From Acidobacteriota bacterium (lineage in GTDB: Bacteria > Acidobacteriota > Holophagae > Acanthopleuribacterales > Acanthopleuribacteraceae), in contig JACJWC010000005.1 of the NCBI GenBank assembly GCA_020637335.1, forward strand, positions 109,513 through 173,512: a DNA stretch of 64,000 nucleotides, in the 5' to 3' direction. Under the pieces are notes generated by a model. It searched no databases. It was not told the origin of the DNA and saw only the letters and a list, made by a program, of their open reading frames with translations. This document shows, one piece after another, positions 1-9,950 of the stretch (position 1 is the first letter of the stretch; each line of letters opens with the position of its first letter). The position numbers and the translations under genes are program-made.

Positions 1-86
1 GAACAAGCTTTACGATCTCCGGTGGTTTGAGGGAACAAGGCAAAACATTGTAGCATGGGCCCTACAGGTCGTGAAAAGAGCGATTT

Positions 87-818
87 TTAGTCGTTTTTTG
101 GCCAAGCCCAATTGCGTTCGGTCTGGCATAGGTCCAATGAATGGAAGAGGTCACGCCATTCGCTCGGCGGTGGACTGCTTGCAGTTGGCGCTTCATCGGT
201 TTCTGTCCCCACAAAACAAATGAAACGTGCGTGTAACCATAACCGGTTTCTACCAAAATGCTGGGCGAAGAAGCGGTTTTGGTTCAAATCCCCGTAGCGC
301 GAATCGCCGATGACGGGATGGCGCAGATGGGCCGCATGTTTTCGTATCTGGTGCATGCGGCCCGTTTCCAACTGCACTTCACAAAGGGTGAAACGCGCGG
401 AAGGAAAGCGCCAGCCTTGAACCGGAATTTTGAAGAGATGGACCGGCGTGAAAATCGTGACAGCCTCCACCTTTTCCGTTTTGCCATCCTCGAGGAGCGG
501 GTAATCCACCCGTTGAGATTGGTCAATCCACCCGCGTAGAATCGCCACATAAACCTTCTTAAACAATCCCTGTTGCATGGCCTGGCCCCAGCGCGAAGCG
601 GCCTTTGCATTTTTGGCAAACAGCACCAAGCCGGAAGTAGGTCGGTCCAAACGATGGATCGGGTAGACCGGATATCCTAACTGGTCCCGCAGTACCTGAA
701 GAAGGAAAGGACCCTCGCGGTTCAAACCGGAGCGGTGAACCATCCAACCAGCCGGCTTTTCCACTGCAATCCAATCTCGGCCTTCTGCACAAACCGGCAA
801 CAGGTATGACGAATCCAC
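87..818 (-). CDS. RluA-family pseudouridine synthase (TruC/RluA-like)
   Basis: The 243-aa ORF carries the HRLDRPTSGLVLFAK motif, i.e. the catalytic HRLD box of RluA/TruC pseudouridine synthases. Its N-terminus (WIAVEKPAGWMVHRSG) matches the RluA-type start. Confidence 0.8.
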   Translation of the reverse strand: MDSSYLLPVCAEGRDWIAVEKPAGWMVHRSGLNREGPFLLQVLRDQLGYPVYPIHRLDRPTSGLVLFAKNAKAASRWGQAMQQGLFKKVYVAILRGWIDQSQRVDYPLLEDGKTEKVEAVTIFTPVHLFKIPVQGWRFPSARFTLCEVQLETGRMHQIRKHAAHLRHPVIGDSRYGDLNQNRFFAQHFGRNRLWLHARFICFVGTETDEAPTASSPPPSEWRDLFHSLDLCQTERNWAWPKND

Positions 819-879
819 CGTTTTCCAATCTCCTCAGACATGTTTAGAATAAAAACTTTGTCGCATAAAGGAGACTAAC

Positions 880-3003
880 ATGAATCTGTTTTTGATTTTT
901 TTTGGCGTAATTGCCGTGTCCGGTGGCCAAGGACCGGATGGTGATCCCAAACATCCGCAGACCGAAAAAGTGCCGCTGGAGGAAACCTTGCACGGTGTAA
1001 AGGTAAGTGATCCCTATCGCTGGCTGGAAGATTTGGACAGTGAAAATACCCATCAATGGGTTACGATGCAAAACAAACATACCTTTGCTTATCTGGAAAC
1101 CCTGGCCGAGCGAAAACCGATCCGAGAACGCTTGGAAAAGCTGTGGAATTATGAAAAATACGGCCTGCCCCAAGCGCATGGTTCACGTTTTTTCTTTTAC
1201 AAAAACGATGGTCTGCAGAACCAGTATGTTTTGTATTGGCAAACCGACTTAAATGCAGAACCAAAGGTTTTGTTGGATCCCAACAACCTTTCGAGCGATG
1301 GAACGGTTGCCCTCAATGGAACCGCAATTAGCCCAGACGGAAAATATCTGGCGTACGGTTTGTCGCAATCAGGCAGCGATTGGGTGGAATGGCATGTTCG
1401 CGACGTTGAAACCGGAAAAGATCTCAGTGATCACATCAAGTGGGTCAAATTTTCAGATGCTTCCTGGCTGCGAGACAATTCTGGATTCTTCTACAGCCGT
1501 TACGACGAGCCCAAAGCCGGACAGGAAATGGAAGATGCCAACTACTTCCAAAAAGTCTTTTTCCATAAACTCGGAACGGAACAGGCGCAGGATGTGCTGG
1601 TCTATGAACGACCGGACCAGAAAGAATGGGGTTTTGGTGCTCAAGTCACCGAGGACGGTAACTACCTCATTCTTGGCGTTTGGCAAGGCACCGATAACCG
1701 CAACCGGGTCTTTTATAAAGATTTAAAAGCTGACAATGCCAAGGTAGTCGAGTTCCTCAAGGATTTCGATGCCGAATACACCTTCATCGCCAATCAAGGC
1801 ACGGTCTTTTATTTCCAAACCAACCTAGATGCGCCTCGACGCAAAGTAATTGCCATCGACATCAACAAACCGGACCGCGCCAATTGGAAAACCATTGTGG
1901 CCGAAAAAAAAGATACCCTTTCGGGCGTTTCCGTTTGTAAGGACCGTTTGGTTTTGCATTACATGGCCGACGCCAAGTCGGTGGTGCACTTGGTGGATTT
2001 TGAGGGTAACAGCAAAGGTGAATTGCCCTTGCCTGGCCTGGGTACCGTAGGTCTCTCGACCAACCCCGAATCCAGCACGATCTATTTTTCCTTCTCGAGT
2101 TTTAATACTCCGGGCAGCCAATACAGCTATGACGTAACCAACGGGAAGAGCGCCTTGATCCGCCAACCCAAATTGGCCTTTAACCCAGATGATTTTGAAA
2201 CCAAACAGGTCTTTTACACGAGTAAAGATGGGACAAAAGTGCCCATGTTCATTTGCTACAAAAAAGACCTATTCACCGGAAAACCCCAACCCACCTATCT
2301 TTACGGTTACGGTGGTTTTGATATTTCCCTCACCCCCAGTTTCTCGGTCAGCAAACTGGTCTGGATGGAAATGGGTGGCATTTACGCCATGCCCAATTTA
2401 AGAGGCGGCGGCGAATACGGCCAGGAATGGCATTTGGCTGGGACCAAGGAGAAGAAACAAAACGTTTTTGATGACTTTATTGCGGCGGGCGAGTACCTGA
2501 TTGCCCAGGGTTACACAACCCCGCAGCAATTGGCCATTGGCGGTGGAAGCAATGGTGGCCTTTTGGTCGGTGCAACCTTAAATCAACGACCGGACTTGTT
2601 TGCGGCTGCCTTGCCTGCTGTTGGCGTTATGGATATGTTGCGCTTTCACAAATTTACAATTGGCTGGGCTTGGGTGAGCGACTATGGTTCGCCCGATGAT
2701 CCGGAAATGTTTCAGGTTTTACGCGCTTATTCGCCTTACCACAACGTTAAACCGGGAACCCACTACCCTGCTGTCATGGTCTTGACCTCCGATCACGATG
2801 ATCGGGTCGTGCCCAGCCACAGCTTTAAGTACGCAGCAGCCTTACAAGAAGCCCAAGCAGGTGATGCGCCCATTCTGATCCGGATCGAAACCAAAGCCGG
2901 CCATGGTGCGGGGAAACCCACCAGCAAAGTCATTGAAGAGGAAGCGGACCGTTGGGCCTTCCTGTTCAAAAACCTGGGCATGCAGAAACTGCCCTTTTCC
3001 TAA
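880..3003 (+). CDS. Prolyl oligopeptidase (S9A family prolyl endopeptidase), secreted
   Basis: The 707-aa ORF has an N-terminal signal peptide and the GGSNGGLLVGA catalytic-serine motif of S9A peptidases. C-terminal HD/H residues fit the triad. An RBS AAGGAGA lies at 869-875. Confidence 0.9.
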   Translation: MNLFLIFFGVIAVSGGQGPDGDPKHPQTEKVPLEETLHGVKVSDPYRWLEDLDSENTHQWVTMQNKHTFAYLETLAERKPIRERLEKLWNYEKYGLPQAHGSRFFFYKNDGLQNQYVLYWQTDLNAEPKVLLDPNNLSSDGTVALNGTAISPDGKYLAYGLSQSGSDWVEWHVRDVETGKDLSDHIKWVKFSDASWLRDNSGFFYSRYDEPKAGQEMEDANYFQKVFFHKLGTEQAQDVLVYERPDQKEWGFGAQVTEDGNYLILGVWQGTDNRNRVFYKDLKADNAKVVEFLKDFDAEYTFIANQGTVFYFQTNLDAPRRKVIAIDINKPDRANWKTIVAEKKDTLSGVSVCKDRLVLHYMADAKSVVHLVDFEGNSKGELPLPGLGTVGLSTNPESSTIYFSFSSFNTPGSQYSYDVTNGKSALIRQPKLAFNPDDFETKQVFYTSKDGTKVPMFICYKKDLFTGKPQPTYLYGYGGFDISLTPSFSVSKLVWMEMGGIYAMPNLRGGGEYGQEWHLAGTKEKKQNVFDDFIAAGEYLIAQGYTTPQQLAIGGGSNGGLLVGATLNQRPDLFAAALPAVGVMDMLRFHKFTIGWAWVSDYGSPDDPEMFQVLRAYSPYHNVKPGTHYPAVMVLTSDHDDRVVPSHSFKYAAALQEAQAGDAPILIRIETKAGHGAGKPTSKVIEEEADRWAFLFKNLGMQKLPFS

Positions 3004-3010
3004 ACAGATA

Positions 3011-3038
3011 TGGGCCCCGAACTTGGGGCCCATTTTTT
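3011..3038. terminator. Bidirectional rho-independent terminator between convergent genes
   Basis: Perfect inverted repeat TGGGCCCC(gaactt)GGGGCCCA at 3011-3032 is followed by TTTTTT at 3033-3038. It sits between the stop codons of the + strand peptidase and the - strand OMP. Confidence 0.75.
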
Positions 3039-3870
3039 AGAAATTGAGAACGATTGAAGTTGTGAAAACGTAATCCAATTCGTCCAGTTCATAGAGGACC
3101 GTGCCATTGGGGCTGCCATCGGTCAGCAATGGGATTTTTTTGAAGGCCGGCTGATTGTCGTAGATTAAATTGAGACCGATCTTAAGCGCCATCTTATCGG
3201 ATAGGTTGGAAATAACGGCCAGTTTCATGTCCGACCGCCAGTCCTCGCCTTCTTCCAAGTTAAAAACACTTACCCAATCATTGGCGAACTTGGTGCGTTC
3301 GGTAAAGCCGTGGAAGTGGTTGAGTTCAAAACGTAAGCCCGCATAAGCCCCATCAAAATTGGGCGGTTCATCAACGGGTGTTTCGTCGGTGTACTGCAGG
3401 CCATAACTGGTGCGGAACTTACGCGTATCCGTGTCGCGCCATTGATTGGTGATACCAACCGAAGCGGCATAGCGGTTTTTGATGCCAGCCGGTTCATTGC
3501 GGTCCCAATCGATACCGACAAAACCGTGCAAGCGCTCGCTATACTTCTTCTGGGCCGCTGCACTGAAATAATATTTGTCCTGAGTGGTTTCGGTGACCGA
3601 ATCCTCATTAATTTCATAATCCTCCAAGCTACCAACAGCGGTGCGTGTGGTTTTGGTGGATTCCACTTTATTGGCGCCAAATTTAAGCGAAAACTCATAA
3701 CCATCCCATTTGTAGGCGAAGTTATTGGCCAAACCAAAGGTAAAGGCTTCCGAATTTCCACCGGAGTTAATAATCGAGAGTTCGGCCTGATCAGACCAAT
3801 TGGAGTTGGCTGATTCCTGAGCCAACAGCATGGCTGAAGCGCATGCTAAAACCAAAAAGAAACGAGACAT
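3037..3870 (-). CDS. Outer-membrane beta-barrel protein (DUF481/YdiY-like)
   Basis: Signal peptide MSRFFLVLACASAMLLAQE is present. Alternating amphipathic strands end in a C-terminal ...IVLNF, the terminal Phe typical of OM beta-barrels. Start is moved to the internal Met at 3870, where the signal peptide begins. Confidence 0.55.
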   Translation of the reverse strand: MSRFFLVLACASAMLLAQESANSNWSDQAELSIINSGGNSEAFTFGLANNFAYKWDGYEFSLKFGANKVESTKTTRTAVGSLEDYEINEDSVTETTQDKYYFSAAAQKKYSERLHGFVGIDWDRNEPAGIKNRYAASVGITNQWRDTDTRKFRTSYGLQYTDETPVDEPPNFDGAYAGLRFELNHFHGFTERTKFANDWVSVFNLEEGEDWRSDMKLAVISNLSDKMALKIGLNLIYDNQPAFKKIPLLTDGSPNGTVLYELDELDYVFTTSIVLNF

Positions 3871-4010
3871 AGATGAATTCTCCCACGTGTTTTTATCGTC
3901 CCGGTCGCGACTCCCCATTATAAAAAGGAATTGGGTGTGACCATGAGAATAAAGCGCAAGGAAGTTGCCTTGAACGATTTGATTGAATAGACTGTCGGCC
4001 GGAGGTTTTC

Positions 4011-4685
4011 ATGAAAATCGTGCATCTTTCAACCCAGGAAGGTTATAACCGTTGGGCCGAAGCCTATGACGCCTTTGAAAACCCTCTAGTCGCCTTGGAC
4101 CAATACCTCCTACCTCAATCTATGCCTGAATTTAGCGGGAAACGCGTTTTGGACTTGGGTTGTGGAACCGGACGTTATTTGAGCCACTTTCAAAAGGCCG
4201 ATTCGGTTTTGGCCTGCGATTTTTCCAGTGGCATGTTGGAAAAAGCGCGCATCAAGGCAAGCTCTTTGGCCCAAGTTGAATTTGCTGAGGTTGATGTGAA
4301 TCGACCCTTTCCCTTTCAGGATCAGACCTTTGACTTTTTGTTCAGTTCGCTCGTCTTGGAACATGTGGTGGATATAAATCACTTTTTTCGTTCGTGTTTT
4401 CGTTTTGCGGCGCCGGGTGCGTCTTTGCTGATGAGCACCATGCATCCGGCCATGTTCCTGCGTCAGACCCAAGCCCATTTCCAGGATGGCGATACCGAAT
4501 TCCGATTTGAATCCTTCCCGCATCAAGTTTCTGAATTTGTCATGGCGCTTATAACGACCGGCTGGCAGGTGAAAAACGTCTCTGAAACCGTTATCAATTC
4601 GGAATGGGTAGACAGCATTCCCAAATGGTCAAAGTGGATGGATTGGCCAGTCCACCTGACCTTACAGGCCCAAAAATCGACCTAA
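4011..4685 (+). CDS. Class I SAM-dependent methyltransferase
   Basis: VLDLGCGTGRY glycine-rich SAM-binding motif I; 224 aa. Confidence 0.75.
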   Translation: MKIVHLSTQEGYNRWAEAYDAFENPLVALDQYLLPQSMPEFSGKRVLDLGCGTGRYLSHFQKADSVLACDFSSGMLEKARIKASSLAQVEFAEVDVNRPFPFQDQTFDFLFSSLVLEHVVDINHFFRSCFRFAAPGASLLMSTMHPAMFLRQTQAHFQDGDTEFRFESFPHQVSEFVMALITTGWQVKNVSETVINSEWVDSIPKWSKWMDWPVHLTLQAQKST

Positions 4686-5134
4686 CTTTTGAGGCTGGTT
4701 GCCAGTTCTTCGAAACCTTCGGTTCGCGCCATTTCGCGCAACAGGTTGGCTAATGGTTCTGGCGGCGCAATTAAGCTTCGCGCCTTTAGGTCCATCCATC
4801 CACCCGTTGTCATGACCTCGGCCGCGAGCCGACCATCGCTTTTATAAAATCGATTGCACAATTTCATGCGCGAAGCATCTGAACTCAGACCGCCCAGTTC
4901 AAAACTGACTTTGATGCCTTCCAAAAGTTTAAATTCTTTGAAATACGTCACTTCATCCTTGCGCACCACGGGACCAATGCGCAGTTGAGCAAAGGACTCT
5001 ATCGGGAAACCATGTTCGGCAAAAAAACGCATGCGTGTAGTTGCGGCCATATCTAAAAAGGCAGTATTGCGCATATGGCCATTGGCATCCAAATCGCCCC
5101 AGCCTACCTGAAATTCTGCGTGATAGGCGATCAT
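4682..5134 (-). CDS. Hotdog-fold acyl-CoA thioesterase (4HBT/YbgC-like)
   Basis: The 150-aa ORF has a hotdog-like sequence (GHMRNTAFLDMAATTRMRFF; the motif with conserved D/N plus H resembles the YbgC family). It overlaps the upstream patatin gene by 4 nt, consistent with operonic coupling. Confidence 0.65.
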   Translation of the reverse strand: MIAYHAEFQVGWGDLDANGHMRNTAFLDMAATTRMRFFAEHGFPIESFAQLRIGPVVRKDEVTYFKEFKLLEGIKVSFELGGLSSDASRMKLCNRFYKSDGRLAAEVMTTGGWMDLKARSLIAPPEPLANLLREMARTEGFEELATSLKS

Positions 5135-6333
5135 GGTTGGCTCAACATATTTTCCAGTTGGTGTAGCGCATCTTGAAGTTGGCGTGTGACGGGGGCGGAT
5201 TCGGCCTTGGTCATTCCGACCGACTCGTAAATGCTGCGGTTTTCGGACCCAAACACTTCTTCGCGCGCGATAATGTTAAACGGGCTGAGAACTTCCAAAA
5301 TCTCGGCTTTGCGTTCGCGCAGTTGCTCAAGCGTTTTCCGGTAAGCGTGGTCCAGTAGGGTGTGGCGTACACTGAAACTGAGAATATTGGTGAAGTACAT
5401 GGTGTAATCATCGCGCTTGGGTTCAAACAACAGGATCTTTGCATCTTTGAATCGGTTGCGGTAAGCGTTATGTCCCACTTTCATTCGGGAATAAATCAGG
5501 GTTCGAACCGATTGGTGCATAACACCCAACAACCCGCGGTCGATCAGGCGACCACGGCGCATAAATCCCGTTTCAACCGTTTTGTGGGTATCCACCGGAA
5601 CAATGGGGTTTAGGGCAATTAAAACTTCGATTCCGCGATCCAGCAAAACCGAGGCGTTCATGGTGCGCAGGAGCACACCATCCACATAACTGCGGCCATT
5701 AATTTCAACCGGAGGATAGACGCCTGGCAGCGCAGTTGAGGCCTGAACCGCTTTTGAAACGGGAACATCCTTCCACTTATCGGATCCAAAAACGACGGCC
5801 TGGGCAGAATCTAAATCGGAGGCCACCACAAACAAGCGATCGTTCATGTCATGAAACGAATTACTGCAACCTTCCTGTTCAAACAATTGCGAGAGAAAGG
5901 TTTCTAGCGGTTGATTTTCAAAAATCCCCTCTGGTAAGGCACGCAACAAAACGCCCAGGCTGCGCAGCCACTTGTTGCCTGCAGTTCCGCGCATGGTTGC
6001 GACGTCCCATAAACGTTTGGGGATCTGTTTGGACCTTTCCAACATGCGGCCCATTGCCGGTTTAAAAAACAGATCGCTGGACAAATGTAGCGATTCGGCC
6101 TTGGCATCAATTAAGGCCCGGCACAAGCGTTTGCTGCTAATGCCATTGACCAGGCAGGCTGAAACCAAGCTGCCAGCGCTGATGCCAACATATCCGCCCA
6201 GCCGGCAGAAATCGATACCTAAAAAGGCATCATCAATGGCACGTAATGCGCCAGCTTCATAAATTGCCCCACCGATTCCACCACCCGCCAAAGCGAGTCC
6301 GATCTTGGGGTGTTGAACTGTTTGAATTGCCAT
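5131..6333 (-). CDS. Patatin-like phospholipase
   Basis: N-terminal oxyanion box GLALAGGGIGGAIY and GXSXG nucleophile motif GISAGS are present. The ORF is 400 aa. Confidence 0.8.
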   Translation of the reverse strand: MAIQTVQHPKIGLALAGGGIGGAIYEAGALRAIDDAFLGIDFCRLGGYVGISAGSLVSACLVNGISSKRLCRALIDAKAESLHLSSDLFFKPAMGRMLERSKQIPKRLWDVATMRGTAGNKWLRSLGVLLRALPEGIFENQPLETFLSQLFEQEGCSNSFHDMNDRLFVVASDLDSAQAVVFGSDKWKDVPVSKAVQASTALPGVYPPVEINGRSYVDGVLLRTMNASVLLDRGIEVLIALNPIVPVDTHKTVETGFMRRGRLIDRGLLGVMHQSVRTLIYSRMKVGHNAYRNRFKDAKILLFEPKRDDYTMYFTNILSFSVRHTLLDHAYRKTLEQLRERKAEILEVLSPFNIIAREEVFGSENRSIYESVGMTKAESAPVTRQLQDALHQLENMLSQP

Positions 6334-6416
6334 TCAGAATTTCCTCGTGCCCATTCTTCCACAGGTCACGAAAGAGTCAAGTCCCGACCCGACCGGTCGG
6401 GACCCAACCTAAACCG

Positions 6417-6842
6417 TTACTGCGGCGTTTCGGCCTTTTTTGATTTGGACTTGCTGGTCGTGGATTCTTTGCTGGATCCAGCTTCGTCTTTCTTCATATC
6501 GGCAATCAGGCCCATTAACTCTTCAACTTTTTTGGTCAGTTGGTTAATTTCATCACGGGTGGGCACACCCATTTTGCCCAAAACCGAGCTGACGTTTTTG
6601 TTGACCATTTCTTCGATCTTATCGACTTTTTCTTCAACTTTGGCCTTGGATTCATTGACCTTAGACTTGACGTTGGTCATCTTTTCACGGGCCGTGGATT
6701 CAAAGGTTTCACCTTTTTCGACCAGGGTTTTGAAGATTTTGGATCCTTCTTCCTCGGCAATGGCCAAGGCACCCAGACCGGCTAACCAAATTTTTTGCGC
6801 GGATTCTTTAATCTCGCTTTGGATCTTTTCTTTTTTGGACAT
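6417..6842 (-). CDS. Phasin (PHA granule-associated protein, PhaF/PhaI N-domain type)
   Basis: KIWLAGLGALAIAEEEGSKIFKTLVEKGE and GVPTRDEINQLTKKVEEL match the TIGR01837-type phasin signature (compare Pseudomonas PhaI KIWLAGLGAY...LFETLVKDGE, IPSRNEVKALHAKVDAL). Confidence 0.75.
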   Translation of the reverse strand: MSKKEKIQSEIKESAQKIWLAGLGALAIAEEEGSKIFKTLVEKGETFESTAREKMTNVKSKVNESKAKVEEKVDKIEEMVNKNVSSVLGKMGVPTRDEINQLTKKVEELMGLIADMKKDEAGSSKESTTSKSKSKKAETPQ

Positions 6843-6852
6843 GCGTTCCTCC

Positions 6853-7212
6853 TTAGGCTTGTTGTTCTCTTAACTTGGCTGTCAGGTTTTCGACCTGAGT
6901 CGTCAAATTCTGAATTTCTTCCCGGGTCGGAATGCCCAATTTGGCCAAGCCTTTTTCCAGATTTTTGCGCGTAAAATCTTCTACCCGATCGGTTACTTTT
7001 TTGGCTTTGGCCTTGGTTTCCTGGCCAAATTTTTCAATTTTGGGTTTCTTTTCCGATTCAAATGTCTTGCCGCGTTCAACCAGCAGGTTAAACGATTTGT
7101 TGGCGAAATCGAATCCGGTTGCCGCGACACCCAATCCGGCCAACCAGGCAAAACGCCCTGTTTCGCGAAGAGGCTTCGCAATCCGTTCTACATTTTCTTT
7201 TAATACCGTCAT
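6853..7212 (-). CDS. Phasin (PHA granule-associated protein), tandem paralog
   Basis: Same signature (AWLAGLGVAATGFD...LLVERGKTFE...GIPTREEIQNLTTQVENL). It is a tandem paralog of 6417..6842 with a 10-nt spacer. Confidence 0.75.
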   Translation of the reverse strand: MTVLKENVERIAKPLRETGRFAWLAGLGVAATGFDFANKSFNLLVERGKTFESEKKPKIEKFGQETKAKAKKVTDRVEDFTRKNLEKGLAKLGIPTREEIQNLTTQVENLTAKLREQQA

Positions 7213-7223
7213 GGTGATTCTCC

Positions 7224-7652
7224 TTATTTTGGGCTCTGACGCGGCGACTCTTGTTGTTCCAGCTCCTCGATTGAAGCTTCTAACTGTTCGAGTCTTTCTT
7301 TGAGGTGGGCCATTTCGCGTTTGGCTTCGCGGACCGGGTTGATGCGCTCAAGAGACTTGTTGATCCAATGCTCTACTCCAGCTTGCACATGACGCACTTT
7401 TTGGGTCACAGCCTCTCCACCTGCTCGCACCAGATCGTGTAACAAATCAACGCTGAGCCCGCGGCCCTCGCCTTTTTGTTCTTCAACGATAATTTGCGCC
7501 AGAATTTGGGCGGTGATATCGACATTCTGTGCGTCAAGCACCTGAACCTGATGGCCTTCGCGAACCAGCGCAGCCACATCCGCCAGGGCAACATAGCGGC
7601 TCTTTTCGGTGTCATAGAGCTTGCGATTGCCGTAACGTTTAATGATGTGCAT
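7224..7652 (-). CDS. phaR: PHA synthesis repressor PhaR
   Basis: MHIIKRYGNRKLYDTEKSRYVALADV matches the PhaR N-terminal DNA-binding signature (IKKYPNRRLYDT). Start is set at the internal Met because the listed ORF has a 9-aa upstream extension. Confidence 0.8.
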   Translation of the reverse strand: MHIIKRYGNRKLYDTEKSRYVALADVAALVREGHQVQVLDAQNVDITAQILAQIIVEEQKGEGRGLSVDLLHDLVRAGGEAVTQKVRHVQAGVEHWINKSLERINPVREAKREMAHLKERLEQLEASIEELEQQESPRQSPK

Positions 7653-7758
7653 GGTCCCTCCGATAACGCATCGCGTCATCTGTTATTAAACTTAATGCGC
7701 TGCGTCATGAAGGTCAAGTTTTTTTGACACACTGCGTAAAAAAACCAAAAATTCCCGG

Positions 7759-9258
7759 TTAACCAATCGTTTGAAGGGTCGATAAGACCGTTTCCAGAAC
7801 CTGGAGGCGCGCCCACTTTTTATCGTTTCCGGCAATTAAGGTCCACGGTGCCTGAACGGTACTGGTTTGTTCAACCATATCATCTACCGCCTGTGCATAG
7901 GCCGACCACTTTTCACGGTTGCGCCAGTCTTCTTCGGTAATTTTATGGTTTTTGTAGGCAATGGATTTTCGTTCCTCAAATCGCCGTAATTGTTCTTCTG
8001 GACTGATATGCAGCCAGAATTTATTAATTAAGATACCGCGTTCGAGCAATTGGTCCTCGAATTCATTGATTTCAGAATAGGCGCGTTTCCATTCGCCCGG
8101 TTTGGCAAATTTTTCAATCCGTTCGACCAAAACGCGACCATACCAGGATCGATCATAAATGGTTACTTTACCGGCTCGGGGAATGTGACGCCAAAAACGC
8201 CACAGGTAATGGTGAGCCTTTTCTTCATCGGTTGGTGCCGCAATCGAGATTATTTGAAAAAGCCGGGCATCAATGGCAGCAGTTAAGCGCCGAATCGCGC
8301 CCCCTTTTCCGGCTGCATCCCACCCTTCAAAAACGACAATCAAGGAACGTTTCTTGGTTTTGGCTCGCCAACTCCATTCGGTAATTTCGTTTTGCAAGTC
8401 GGCCAAACGGGTTTCATAGAGTTCGGGTGAAACCTCAAGCCCCAAATCGACAGAATCAAAAACAGAGGATTTTGAAACTGCTTGAGACCGTGTCTGGCGA
8501 ATCGCAGGCCATTTCTTATGCTTGTTGTCGAGCCGTGATTCCAATGCTTCGGCAAGTGCTTCGCCAACAGCAAGATCGCGAAAGCGGTTATTGGCCGAAG
8601 GGATGACCCGCCAGGGCACTTGGGGGCAATTCGTGCGTTCCAGCGCCTCGCGCGAAACGCGGCTAAATGCACGATATCTTTTGCTGAATTTTTCGAGAAT
8701 TGGCGAAACGCGGTGCGCTTTTTCATCCTTTTTCAGACGTTTGCGTTGATCGGTTTGTGAGAGGTGGAACCAGAATTTGAGGATTAAGGCACCATCGCGA
8801 CTGAGCATTTCTTCAAAACGATTGATGCGATCCAGAGCTGATTCAAAACGAGCCCGGTCAATCCGTTGATACACCCGTTCAATGATCGGTTGGGTGTACC
8901 AGGAGCCAAACAAAATGCCGATTTTCCCCTTAGGTGCCAGCCTACGCCAAAAACGCCAAAAGGCGGGGCGTTCATTTTCCTCATCACTGGTATCCCAAAA
9001 CGCGTGGGTTTCCAAACCTCTTGCATCAAGCCATTAGTTCAGGCGATTCACCACAGAGCCCTTACCAGCGCCTTCGACCCCTGAAATGAGGATGAGTACC
9101 GGAAAATTGGTCTCACGCAAACGTCGCTGCACCTTTAAAAGGCGGTTGCGCAATTCGGATTCACGAGTTGCAAATTCTTGCTTAGAAACCTTTGGACTTG
9201 TAGCTGAATCTTCAAACATGCTGCCCCCAGTGAACGGATAGTGGGAAACGGATTGCAT
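7759..9258 (-). pseudogene. Two-domain polyphosphate kinase 2 (PPK2; polyphosphate:AMP/ADP phosphotransferase) interrupted by an in-frame TAA
   Basis: The N-terminal fragment (9034..9258) ends ...GVEGAGKGSVVNRLN followed by TAA. The very next in-frame codons read WLDARGLETHAF..., continuing into the 418-aa ORF that carries a second full PPK2 domain (FEGWDAAGKGGAIRRLT). The stop replaces the conserved Glu of the ...RL(T/N)E(W/Y)L(D/N)PRG... motif, so GAA became TAA. Confidence 0.8.
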
Positions 9259-9423
9259 TTATTCCATTTTCCACCCTAGGCCCGAGCTTGAAAAGCAATA
9301 CTCCTGTATAAAAACTCATTTTTTAATAAAATATGGCCAACCATTTAGGAAGAAATTAATAATCCCTGATCGCGGAATCCCCGTAGTGTAAAGGCGGACA
9401 GAGTGTCCAAGTAAGGAGCATAT

Positions 9424-9915
9424 ATGAAAAGAAGTTTTTTGTTAGCCATTCTCATGAGCGCTGCATGCATTTGGGCTGGTGAGCCCGATTCAAATCAGCG
9501 CGGACGCTATTTAATTGTAATTGGTGGATGCAATGATTGTCATACACCGGGATATCCGGAGAGTGGCGGAAAAACACCCGAGTCCGATTGGTTGGTTGGC
9601 AGCCCAGTGGGCTTTCAAGGTCCATGGGGAACGACGTATCCGACCAATCTCCGCAATTCGGTCGCTCACCAAACCGAAGCTGAATTTTTGGCCAAAGCGC
9701 ACACCGCCATGCGGCCCCCTATGCCCTGGATTTCACTGGCAAACATGACGGACAGCGACTTAAAGGCCGTTTATCACTATATAAAATCGCTAGGTCCGAA
9801 GGGCCCTGACGCACCGGCATACAAAGCGCCGGGCGAAAACGTGGAAACGCCTTATTTTGAATTTGTACCCAAAAACCTGCCCCCAAGCGATGACCAGACA
9901 GGTGGTCAGCAATAA
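9424..9915 (+). CDS. Cytochrome c family protein (periplasmic)
   Basis: Signal peptide and a single CNDCH (CxxCH) haem-binding motif; 163 aa. Confidence 0.75.
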   Translation: MKRSFLLAILMSAACIWAGEPDSNQRGRYLIVIGGCNDCHTPGYPESGGKTPESDWLVGSPVGFQGPWGTTYPTNLRNSVAHQTEAEFLAKAHTAMRPPMPWISLANMTDSDLKAVYHYIKSLGPKGPDAPAYKAPGENVETPYFEFVPKNLPPSDDQTGGQQ

Positions 9916-9918
9916 ACA

Positions 9919-9947
9919 AGGGGAGTCAAGCGACTCCCCTTTCTATT
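9919..9947. terminator. Bidirectional terminator hairpin between convergent genes
   Basis: AGGGGAGTC(aagc)GACTCCCCT hairpin at 9919-9940 is followed by a T-rich tract. It sits between the cytochrome c stop (9915) and the methyltransferase stop (9951). Confidence 0.6.
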
Positions 9948-9950
9948 CCA

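Noticed and set aside
9034-9258. Treating the 74-aa PPK2 N-fragment and the 418-aa ORF as two separate intact genes
   Set aside because: Translation is continuous across the single TAA and the break falls inside a conserved PPK2 motif. They are annotated as one interrupted gene.
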